A stretch of 64,000 nucleotides of DNA from Prorocentrum cordatum (taxonomy: Eukaryota). A program made the position numbers and the translations under genes. Positions 23,970 to 35,165 of the stretch are shown one piece after another (within the stretch, counting starts at the first letter, position 1; each line of letters starts with the position of its first letter). Location: NCBI GenBank assembly GCA_963575745.1, contig CAUYUJ010000103.1, positions 310,001-374,000 on the forward strand, given 5' to 3'. Under the pieces are notes generated by a model. The model ran no database searches and was not told the origin of the DNA. It saw nothing but the letters and a program-made list of their open reading frames with translations.

Positions 23970-24660
23970 GTAACACGCGAGTTGCGGAAGCTACACTTGC
24001 GCTGGTTCCATGCGGAAGCGCTTAAGATGAGACTCGTCTTAGCTAAGGTAATCTGGACAACGTCAGACTCAACCTGATTAAAGGTGTCTGCGACACATGT
24101 CGGGAGTGCAGGGCTCGTGACCAGCCTGGGCATACTGTTATGCCCTCCACTGGGCTGCCTGGAAAAGTTAACGAAGAAGTGGAATGTGACGTGATGTTTT
24201 GTTATACAAGAACACCGGATCTTTCATGTCATCGACCGTTGTATTCGATATGTGGCCGGAATGGAGGTTCCAGACAAGACGATGGCCATAGTTCTAGATG
24301 CATGTCATCAGTGCTGGATGCAGCTTGGACCTGCAGAGGTACTCAACTCCGACGCAGAGGGCGCCCTCAACAACGACACTGCGAAAGCAGTTCTTAAGGC
24401 AAAGTGCATTGAACTCAGGGTACGTGCGCGTGGACAGCGCGCTGCGACGATCGAAGCCAGAAATGGCATATCACGCAATCTACTTCATGTCATGGAAGCT
24501 GAACTCAGCAGGTTGGACATACCTCTTGTGTTCACACGATTAATGCACGAGGCCTTGTTTACCGCCAGCGCGCTCACTTTCTACAACGAGGTGTCTCCAT
24601 GCAACGCTCTGTTTGGACGGCAACCATCAATGCTTCCGGACTTACCTGTCTTGGACCATT
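23970..24660 (+). pseudogene. Integrase of element A
   Basis: LRKLHLRWFHA..CDTCREC (HHCC), VECDVMF, SDAEGA, IEARNG. Frameshifts present. Confidence 0.85.
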
Positions 24661-25919
24661 AGCAGCCGACGGCAACGTCGGATCATTCTCGTGGACAGAC
24701 GATGCGCAAGGTATGCGTTGAAGCAATCACACAGGCCACAGCAGTAGCTAAGACCAATCGTGTCTTACGCACAAAGACAACTGTCACGGGTCAGCATTAC
24801 TACGATGAAGGAGACTTGGTCGATTGTCATCGCCCCACAACCGCGAAGGACTACAGGGGAGGCTGGAATGGCCCATTCCCAGTTGCAAAGAACGATCCTG
24901 GCAGGGGTCAAGTCATCATCCGAGTGGGCAAACGAGATATTCAGGTACAGTACGACGACGCACGGCATTCACTCTATATTGAAGCACTGATAGCCCGGGA
25001 AATTTTTCTCCGACAGCGCTGCACTACGGACAGCGTTGACGTTCGTGGCGAGTTTGCCAGCGGGGAGACCTGCCATGTCATTCGGCTGTGTACCGACCAA
25101 GAAAGGGACGCTTCGAATTACGAGTGCAAGCCGTTTATCTCTTAAGGTACACGTAGCCTTACAGCACCTTACTAGAAGCTTCTTCCGCATCGAGAACGTC
25201 GTTTTTGTCAAGTTAGCTAAGAGTATCCATAAGCTACCTCCGGTTGCCTACGCTGACAGCTGCGCATTGGCCCACTATGGCAACGGCGTGGGTCCAGGAT
25301 TTCACTACTATGAAGCGGAAGGCATCGCGCTGAACATACACGACATAATTGGATCAACACATTCGATAATAATCCAGCGCCTAAAGTCCACCAGACCTCA
25401 AGGGGCGTGACAAGGTTTACGAAATTGGCGGATGCACTGGCGCCGGGTGGAACCGCAAGAGAAGCCTCAGAAACCGAACCACCACATGAGGATGGACGGG
25501 GGTTTCTACGATCTACGAGGATTTCGAGGCTGGTCTCGAGTCACATGTCATGGAAGTGTGGCATGCAGAACTGCAAGATGAAAGGGAACTGCTGGAGGCA
25601 ACTCCGCGAGAGGACCTTTTCGCAATGCCCGCGCGGATGGTTCCAGACCAAAGTGCGTTGATCACTGTAGCTGATGATCAGCGGGGGGGCCTGCCTAAGC
25701 GGGGGCGCGCGCGCGACTCCGACGCCGAGGATGCGCATTACGTCCCGTTATTTTTCATGGTCGAAGACTGCAGCTACGGACTGGACTCAGACGGAAATGC
25801 GCAGCATGTAGAACTCTGCTTCACGGCAGGAATGTCAAAGGTAGTCCTGTCCGAACAACAACGCATGATACTAGATGCCGACCGTGTGACCACTATGCGA
25901 GTATAAGTTACCGCCGCTG

Positions 25920-27664
25920 CAATGCGAGCAGCGGTCGTCAAGGAAGACGACCTCCTCGCGAAAGTTGGCATCCAGGCGAATCCCGAGAAAGTATCGAAGG
26001 CCCTCTACACTGAATTCAAGACATGGTTTGACAAAGAGTGTTCCAAAACGCAAGACATATCTAAAGCGTCAAACATCTTGGCTTCGAGGTATGCGCACAT
26101 ATGGAGGCTTGTGTGAGGAACGAGAAGGGCGAGATGGAACGCGCCATCCGATTGCGCCGGGTACCCCGAGATCACATGGACCTTGAAGCCCTCGATGTAG
26201 AAACTTTGTTCAGGAACAGCGCGGCGGTCAAGCCGCGGACTACTCGCTAGCACCGCAGCGTGCAAGAAGCAATGGATCATTGTTTCCCCCTACATCAACA
26301 TGGCCTTCCTGAAAGGGTCGGCCTATCAGGAACTTGCTGAGGCAACTGGTGGAAAGGAGCGCGTGGCGTGCTTTACTTTGCCGCCTGGATCGGCCGCGGT
26401 GCTTCGGACTCTCCCAGGGTTCGAACCTTACGACGAGTCAAAGCATTGCTTGCAGTGCTTGGAACCAGGCACTGGCACCAAATATGCACCGCGAGCTCTC
26501 TCACTGAAGCGCAGGAGGGCCGCTCGAGGCTTTGGTCTCTGACCCGCGTCCTACGACGAGGAGTTCGAGACGAGCAGTAACCTGCTTACGGTCAAACATG
26601 TCGATGATATTATTGTGGCTGGCGCTGAAGACACCGTTGACAAGTCTGTCAAGCGTGTAGAATGCACTTTTGGTAGGTGTAAATTCAACGAGCACACATG
26701 CACCAACTGTGCTGTGAGATATATTAGGTATGAGGACGGCGATGTTACTTTGGACCAGTGCGAATACATGAAGCAGCTCCATCCTGCACAGCGTCTTGAA
26801 CTTTCTTGCGCCGGCGCTGGCGCCCAGGCATCCAAGATGTCTGCGTGCGCGTTCGTCAGCCTCTGGGGAGCGCTGGCGTATGCATTAATCACCCATGTGT
26901 GGTGGATGGTGTATGTTGTATCTCTACAACACGTCCAATAACCTACAAATGGTCAAACACGACGACTGAAAGTGATCGCTATGAAGCAGCATGCCTGCCC
27001 CAATAAGATCGTCTACCAGGCGATGACCCCTACGGGCGAGGTTGACCTGCACAGCGACTCAGGATACCGACGCGTGAGTGGAGACGCCGATGACGACGTC
27101 AAGGGCTATGGTATTCGCGGGGCAAGCCTGCTACGGCGTGGAAAAACGTTATTCGGTAAACCTGTCGTCGACTTCATCGACGCGCACTGCAAGTCTCGCC
27201 GCTTGCAGGTCCGCTCGATTTATTCAGCAGAGACACTAGCAGCATCCCATAATATGGAGGACTGTTATCCCACGATCGTGGCTCTGCACGAGCTCCACGC
27301 GGGGCCGCTCGCGCCCACTCAGTTGAAAGACATACTTGAGTTGGGTGGCGTGAGCTTCGAAGTCACTTTGACCATAGATGCGGAGTCTGTTTGTAAGTCC
27401 TTGTCAAGCAAAGACTTGAAGAAGCAGACTGCGTGCACCTTTTTAGGACACATAAGTTGGATACGACAAATGATGGAGCGTGAAACCGTGCACAGTGTTC
27501 ACTGGTGCGACACCCGCGATATGTCTGCGGACGGTCATACCACGGGGAGCATCGACAGATATATGCTCCTACAGGTCATGAGAGGTATACAGGCCTTCAA
27601 GCATGACCTCAACAATCATACTCCATATCGGGCTGGCCAGACATCTGGTTATGTAGCCGCCTGA
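25920..27664 (+). pseudogene. Reverse transcriptase + RNase H of element A (copia type)
   Basis: INMAFLKG, GTKYAPR, KHVDDI (26594-26608), then SDSGY, AETLA, IDAES, MSADGHT. Several stops and frameshifts. Confidence 0.88.
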
Positions 27665-27815
27665 GGAATATATTTAAATACTGAATCGTACAGGCAAGGG
27701 AACTTGCGTGCGGGTCCACTTTCCTTATGGCCCGCCCCTTTTCTGTCCTTTTGCATATTATTTGCTGTGCCTGCTGTAAAGGGGCGGCGAACTCACGCCT
27801 TGTCTCCCTCCCCCC

Positions 27816-28077
27816 GGCGACTAAAGCGAGCTCAGGGACCTAAGGAGCGGAAGCGAGCGCGTGCCCGCGGCCGCGTCGGCTCAAGCGGCCGGCCGCCCAG
27901 ATATGATCGTGCCTCACCGCGAGGCGCACGATTACAATCGAGACCAAAAGGACCCTCCAATTGTTTAAGATGGCACAGTTTCTCCTACTGGGACTATCGT
28001 TAGTACGGTACAACAGAGCAGGAACTTGGCTTTGCCTAAGGTGGAACTGCTGGTTGGGCCTCCCAACCCCCTGCAAA
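27816..28077 (+). repeat. 3' LTR of element A
   Basis: Direct repeat of 8071-8326. Confidence 0.9.
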
Positions 28078-29739
28078 CTTTTTGGGCCGTCTCGGGGGCC
28101 TTCTGGGCTGTGTTAAAGTCATCTTGGGTCCTCGTGGGGCCATTGGACCGTCTCGACGCTCTCTTCGACTGTCTTGGCGTTTTGTCTGAGCCCGACTGGA
28201 GCGTTTTGGAGGTTCCGGACGCCCCAGTGATGCGTTGACAAGTTCGTCCCCCCCCCCTCAAACGGTATTTGGGGCCCCAGGGGAGGGGGAAAGAGGGAGG
28301 GGGGCAGCCAAATGTCTCACATTGCGGGGGTAGGCGGATTCTGAAACCGCACTTTCATGCAATTGCCCTCTGGTGCTGTCAATCGCATATGAGTCGTTCA
28401 CAGTTTGCCTGTGCCTCAATCTTCACCTCCTCCGCATAAGTTGTGTGGATCAAGCTATATGATGAAAAGCCATGCGGTCCAACGTGTGGTGGTGCGAAAC
28501 CTGTGGCCCAATCGTTGCAGCCGCCCGGGGGGGCACTCGCGTGGCGCCCACGGGCTGGCACCGCGTGAATCCCCGGCAGACCACCCAGCGCACGCGGCGC
28601 CCACGGGGCCCACGGGTGCACACCCGGCGAGACCCTGGCGCACTCGCCCCCGCACGGCGCGACCACGGGGCGTCCACGACCAGCCAGCAACGGGCACCAG
28701 GCGAAGCACCGGCGGACCCACCCAGCGAACGCGGTGCCCACGAGGCGCCAAAGACAGGCCACCGACCGGGCACCAGGCGAAAGCCCAGCGGACCAATTCA
28801 AGGACCGACCAAAACGTTGTTTAGCTTGGCTCGGGCATTTGTTCTTTCGTGTCTGTTTCGTTTGGCTGTGGTGTTTTGTTTCAGTTCGATGTGTCTGAGT
28901 TTGAACGTTATCTTGCTCGCGTTCCGATGTTCGTTTTTGTTCTGCTGCATCTCCAAAGTTTTGTTTCAGTCGTTGTTTTGTATGCCCCAATCACTGCGCG
29001 TCTCGTTTCGGTTTCCGTGTTGTTTGCGCCGTCGGTGTCTTCAGATCTTCTGTTTGTGTTTGGTGTGTATTCGTTTTTGCTTTATTTGCGTTTCTTTCTC
29101 CTTGAGATCACTTCGCACGCCAGATAAGAACCCCTGAGTGCATTTTAATCCGGTGAATATGTGTGCATGTGCATGTGCACATACATACAGCGAGGAGACA
29201 ACAGGCGGCACCGTGGCGAGACCCCGTCTGACATACGTACCTAGCGCACGAGGCGGCCACGGGCGGCGATGTGGCGACACCTCGACGGACCAGCCCAGCG
29301 CACGAGAGTGCCACGAGTCTGCCACGTGCGACAGCGGGGTGAAACCTCGCTGTACCCAGCCGGCGCACGAGGTGGCCATGAGCGGCAATGTGGCGAAACC
29401 GCGCCCTCGCCAAAACCATCAAAATCTTTGGTGACAAACGAAGTAATGACCCCTAAGGGGAATTACTCTTTGCGGAATATGCACAGCCATATCCTCACAT
29501 ATGTGTGCATGCAAGTTTGCGCGTCTGCGCACATGGCAAGCTTTAGGACATTCAGGCAATCTGGCGAAAGGGGGGATCGGGAAGAGTATCGGAGGGACTA
29601 GCGGGAGGAAGGGCGGAATAGGGAGTTCGTCGGAGGGAGAACGAGCGGGAGGAGGAGGAAGAGGAGGAACGGCGCCAGGCGCGATCCAGGCCTGGGCGGT
29701 TTGAGCGTCTTGTTCCAACGAAGCGACGCAAGATATTTT

Positions 29740-30550
29740 TGTGTAACCCGTCACGCAGGGAATCGATGCGTATTCGACTCAAACAGATTTGTTCCATTCC
29801 ACTCAAATGAATCCCTTTGTGTTCCACTTGAAAGGCGCCAGTTCCTTTGACGCTGGAATTTGGGATTCTAATTACAAAAGGATTCGATTCCTTGACGGCG
29901 GAATGCAAACTGATTCTCGTTGTTGCGGAATAAAAGAGGATTCTCTTTGGTTGCAGAATTCCAGAGCATTCCCCCTGTGGCGAAATACAGATAATTCTTC
30001 TGTGGTGGACCACACAGAGATTCCTTTGGGGCGGAGTGCAACATGAGTTTTTTTTGTTGCCGGAAACAAGAGGGTCCCCCTTGTGGCGGAAAGACATAAG
30101 GGTACCTTTTGTGCCAGAATACTTAAGGATTCCTCTTGGGGCGGAATGCTAAGATATTTGTTGTGGTGGGTTACAAAAGGATTCATTTTGGGGCAGGATG
30201 CATAAGCTTCTGTGGTGGATTCCAACGAGTTTTTTTTTTGTGGTGAAGTACAGAAGGAGTTTTCTTGTGACCGACTGCAGAAGGCTTCCCTTCGTAGATG
30301 GATACGAACGGATTTCCTGCGACGCATAATACTACGAGGATTGTTTTGTTGCGGAATACTAAGGGGTTCCTTACCTGGTGGATTAATGAGGGATTCCATG
30401 CGTCGCAGAATACAACAGGAGGCCATCTGTGGTTGATACCCACAAAGGATTCCTGATGTGGTGGATTACAAAATATTTTTCTTGTGCCGCATGCAGAATA
30501 GTTCCATTTGTGGCGGAATGCAAGAAACCCGGATTTCGGGCAGATTTCTT
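29740..30550. repeat. Degenerate ~30-bp repeat (GGATTCC..TTG(T/C)GG(C/T)GGAAT); related block at 32290-32650
   Basis: Recurrent GGATTC / GGAAT motifs. Confidence 0.6.
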
Positions 30551-30588
30551 TGGGACGTCGCCACAGCTCTGCCGACACCATGGTTTCG

Positions 30589-31299
30589 TTGAACATTATT
30601 AATTCTAAAGAATAATTATTGTTGGGCCCCCTGGTGCGCGCCCCCCCCGCCGCGCCTAGGCCGCAGCCACGTTTTCATCATTTTCGTGAGGAAGCCTCAG
30701 GTAATTCGAGGTGATCAAGATCCGGCAAAAAACACTATAAAATGACATTTCTTGTTCTAATATAATCAAATTTCAAGAATCCCTTGCAAAAAATAAGGTA
30801 AAGTGGACATTCGCGCGCGCAAGACGAAATCCTTCCAAAAGCTTAGTGTTCGGAGCGATTTTAACATAAAAACATCAAAAAACCAATGGTTTTTCAACAA
30901 AAAAATGTCAAAATCTCATCCCGCGCGCTCTTGCGGATTCGTAGGAAACCCAACACTTTTTCATTTCTGTCAAACGGGCTTTTGTCAAACAACGGTTGCG
31001 CACCTGCCAGGGCCATCAACCAAATTGCGGGACACATTCGTTTTTTTTCGCGGGCACGCCGCCCAAAAACCAAGTTCTGTGGGTGTGTACCCCACGCCAG
31101 TGTAGTAGCCACGGTCGTCCGCACGCCACGAAGTGAAGTGTCCCAACGTCATAGGGCGGGAAGCTGGGTTTGGGTGGTCGCGAAGAGTCGTTTGGATATT
31201 TGGTAGAGCTTGTAATGCCCCCCCACGAAGTGGGGGTATTGCCTGGTGTCGTATGAAAACCCTGGCACTGGGGAGAACACCACGCGTTCGGGTAAAATG

Positions 31300-31335
<36 letters not shown>

Positions 31336-32136
31336 ATTGTTGAACATTATTACTTCTAAAGAATAATTATTGTTGGGACCCCTGGTACACGACCCCCCTC
31401 CAAAACCTAGGCCGCAGCTACATTTTCATTATTTTTTCGCGAAAGCTTCAGAAAAGTGGATTAGTACCGGATCCGGTTGTTTTGTTCCCCCCCGCTTTCC
31501 CTTGCAAAAAACACTATAAAATGACATTTCTTGTTCTAATATAATCAAATTTCAAGAATCCCTTGCAAAAAATAAGGTAAAGTGGACATTCGCGCGCGCA
31601 AGACGAAATCCTTCCAAAAGCTTAGTGTTCGGAGCGATTTTAACATAAAAACATCAAAAAACCAATGGTTTTTCAACAAAAAAATGTCAAAATCTCATCC
31701 CGCGCGCTCTTGCGGATTCGTAGGAAAACCAACACTTTTTAAACATTTCTGTCAAACGGGCTTTTGCGAGCAACTTTTTCGAACTTCTGCGACAACGGTT
31801 GCGCACCTGCCAGGGCCATCATCCCTGTCAAATAATACCATCCGCGCATGTGCCCAGCATGGCACAATTGCACCATGCTGGGCACATGCGCGCCCCGAAT
31901 AAGTGACCAAGTTCTGTGGGTGTGTACCCCACGCCAGTGTAGTAGCCACGGTCGTCCGCACGCCACGAAGTGAAGTGTCCCAACGTCATAGGGCGGGAAG
32001 CTGGGTTTGGGTGGTCGCGAAGAGTCGTTTGGATATTTGGTAGAGCTTGTAATGCCCCCCCACGAAGTGGGGGTATTGCCTGGTGTCGTATGAAAACCCT
32101 GGCACTGGGGAGAACACCACGCGTTCGGGTAAAATG

Positions 32137-32173
<37 letters not shown>
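30589..32173 (+). repeat. Two head-to-tail copies of a ~750-830 bp unit ending in (TTG)n
   Basis: Both start TTGAACATTATT (30589, 31340), share long identical blocks, and end GGTAAAATGA(TTG)n. Confidence 0.92.
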
Positions 32174-32174
<1 letters not shown>

Positions 32175-32711
32175 AGTTGTCAGTTTTTATTGTTTCTTTG
32201 TTTTCCGAAGGTTCCCCACAAGTTATGGCGGTTTCTTTGGGTTCCGCCCTATTGCGGGTGTCCCCATGATCGTCCTCTTCCACATTCGCCTGAAGGAGTC
32301 CTTTGGGAAACCGCCCGACAAGGATTTTTCTTTATCCGCCACATTTTTTTGGATCTTGTTAGAAAAGGAATTCTTGTGTATTCGGCCACCAAAAGTGGAT
32401 CCCTTTGTATTCCGCCGCAACAGGGATTTTTTTTTTGGGAAGTCCGACACAAAGGGGATCCTTTTGCATTCAGCCGCGTAAGGAATCATGTTGTATTCCG
32501 CCGCAGAAAGAAGTTACGTATTACAGGAGCAGTTCGTTTGCTGTGGGATATTTCAAGATGCATTCGGGTGGGTTGAATATAAGAAGGTGTCGCTTTTAAT
32601 GGAGTCCACAGAGATCTCTTGTGTGGAGGATCACACACAAATATCTGTCGTTTCTTCCTTCGAAAACAACATGCTCAAACCGCCCAGGTCTGCATCGTGC
32701 CTGGTGCCGGA

Positions 32712-32912
32712 AGAGGATGACGATGATGATGAGGAGGAGGAGGAGGAGGAGGAGGAGGACGGGGAGGACGAGGAGGAGGAGGAGGAGGAAGAACACGAGG
32801 AGGAGGATGAGGAAGAGGAGGAGGATGAGGGAGGAGGAGGAGGAGGAGGAGGAAGAGGGGGAGGAGGAGGAGGAGGAGGAGGAGGAGGAGGAGGAGGACC
32901 AGAGGAGGATGA
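32712..32912. repeat. (GAG/GAT)n microsatellite
   Basis: Direct read. Confidence 0.95.
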
Positions 32913-33675
32913 GAGGCGTGTTCCGTGGCGCATGTCGCGAATGCCCTTCAGCGGGTTGCGCAAGTCCGCGTGCCAGGGGCGGCCGGCAAAGCCCATTGGG
33001 CCCTCCGTGGGTAAGGGGAGGCAGGGTCGCTGCGTGGGCCAGACATCAGAATTTGGTGTCCCAGCGCTTCGCGAAGAACTGGGGGATTACAGGGATGAGG
33101 GCTGGAGGTTTTGAGGAGGCACACCGGTGGATGTGCTGGTCTCCCCCAGCTCCGATCACCCCTCCGTTCCTTCTCGCCTCCCCTTCCCGGCTCTCCCCTA
33201 TCGTCATTCCCTTTCCTCGGCCAGCCTTCCACTCTCCCTACCCGCCCCCCTCCATTCCTACCCCCCCTTCTTTCCAGCTGGTGCAAGAGATGGGGCGGAT
33301 AACTCGCGTATTGGGGACGCCTTCTGCGAGGAGACGTTCGCTGACGATATTGACGCCTCCTGCGACACTGACGACATGACGAATACATTCGGAGGTCCGC
33401 TCAAACTTCTTGGATCGGCCCTGGACACTCCCTGGCGCGCGGAGCGCGCCAGGGGTGACGCAGGAGGCCGCCAGGTGAGTCTAGCGCCGATCCAAAAGAT
33501 CCACGCGGACCTCGGAACGTCAATGCTTATGACGATTTTCTTTTCTTCTTCTTCTTCTTCTTATTCTTTGATGTTGCTGCCTTGCGTCGTAAAACAAAAA
33601 GAGGTGGTGCTCGTCATCCAATAGACAACATGCTGCTGCCTGGTGTTGATATGCCCCCCCCGCCCCCAGCCCCAG

Positions 33676-33716
33676 GTGAGACGAGCTGGGAACCGCCGGC
33701 GCCGCCGCTCGCGGAG
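33676..33716 (+). CDS. WW gene exon 3 (G-ETSWEPPAPPLAE)
   Basis: AG at 33674-75, 41 nt, GC donor at 33717-18. Completes the split Gly codon from exon 2 and supplies the TSWExP end of the WW domain. Confidence 0.85.
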
Positions 33717-34319
33717 GCGAGCCGCTGTGGGTTCCAGGGTGCCTGGTCAGCGGCGGTGGCTGCGGCGGCGGCGTCCGCAGTGGTCGCGCGGCAGCTGCGA
33801 CTTCGGCTGCGACGGCGGTTGCGGCAGCGACGGCGTAGCGTAGCCAATCGTCGACCGCAAGGGGGACCTGCGTCCTAAAGGCAAACAGACTGCGACCATG
33901 TTGGGCACCTCGTTATTACCTAGAGCGCAGCGACGCGGACTGTGCCAGGCGCGTGCAGAGGGTGAGCGCAACACGACGGCGACCGTGTTCTCGACGGAGG
34001 GGGATGGTCCTCACATAGTGGAAGGATGAAGCGAATCTCTCACAGAGCATCTGTGTCCATTCCGACGCCCTGACAGTCAGAGAGTTGGTGGACCAATGCA
34101 CTGGAGGTGGTGGTGGGTAGGTGGTGCGAGGTCAGCGCGCACATGACCATCCGAGGCGAAATCAGCACTGTCACTGAAATTTCGTTGCCCTTGAAGCGTC
34201 CGATGTATGAGCTACGATTTGGGCGGGGGGTCCCAAGAGACATTTGATCGGATTGTCCGCTTGAAGCTCGGCGCCCGAGATCTGCTTATAGTTGAGTGCG
34301 TTTTGGCGGGCCTTTCGAG

Positions 34320-34612
34320 GAGGAGAGGGAGGGAGAAGGTACAGGAGGATGATAACGAGGGACGACGATGGACGAGGAGGATGAGGAGAAGGAGGACGAG
34401 GAGGGGACGGGGAGGAGGAGAATTAGAGGGAGGAGGAATTAGGGAGGAGGGAGGGAGGTGGAGGTGGTGGAGAGGGGTGATGATGCTGCTGATGATGCTG
34501 ATGCTGATGATGATGATGATGATGATGCTGGTGCTGATGCCGATGCTGATGAGGATGATGATGAGGACGATGATACGGATGCGGATACGGATGAGGATGC
34601 GAATGATCACGC

Positions 34613-34669
<57 letters not shown>

Positions 34670-34976
34670 CGATGATGATGTTGATGTTGATAGTGATGAT
34701 GATGATACTGATGTTGATGATGATGCTCATGATGATCATGATGCTACTGATTATGATGATGCTGATCATGATGGTGCTGATGATGATGACGATGAGGATG
34801 AGGATGATGCTGATGCTGATGCTGATGCTGCTGATGATGCTGGTGGTGATGATGCTGATGATGATGCTGATGATGATGATGATGCTGATGATGATGATGA
34901 TGCTGATGCTGATGCTGATGATGATGCTGATGGTGATGCTGATGCTGATGCTGATGGTGATGATGATGCTGATGAC

Positions 34977-35039
<63 letters not shown>

Positions 35040-35165
35040 AAGGATAAGGATGAGGATGAGGATGAGGATGAGGATGAGGATGAGGTGAGGAGGATGATGC
35101 CGATGCGGATGAGCAGGAGGAGGAGAAGGAGGAGGAGGAGAAGGAGGACGAGGAGGAGGAGGAGA
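34320..35165. repeat. Long degenerate (GAT)n tract with GAG-rich flanks
   Basis: Direct read. Confidence 0.95.

Larger units (their letters stand above)
8066..28077 (+). mobile_element. Large decayed Ty1/copia LTR retrotransposon (element A) with accessory domains
   Basis: Direct LTRs at 8071-8326 and 27821-28076, PBS at 8330, Gag-PR-INT-RT-RNase H order. 5-bp TSD ACTTT or CTTTT (boundary ambiguous by 1 nt). The same repeat family lies on both flanks. Confidence 0.92.
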
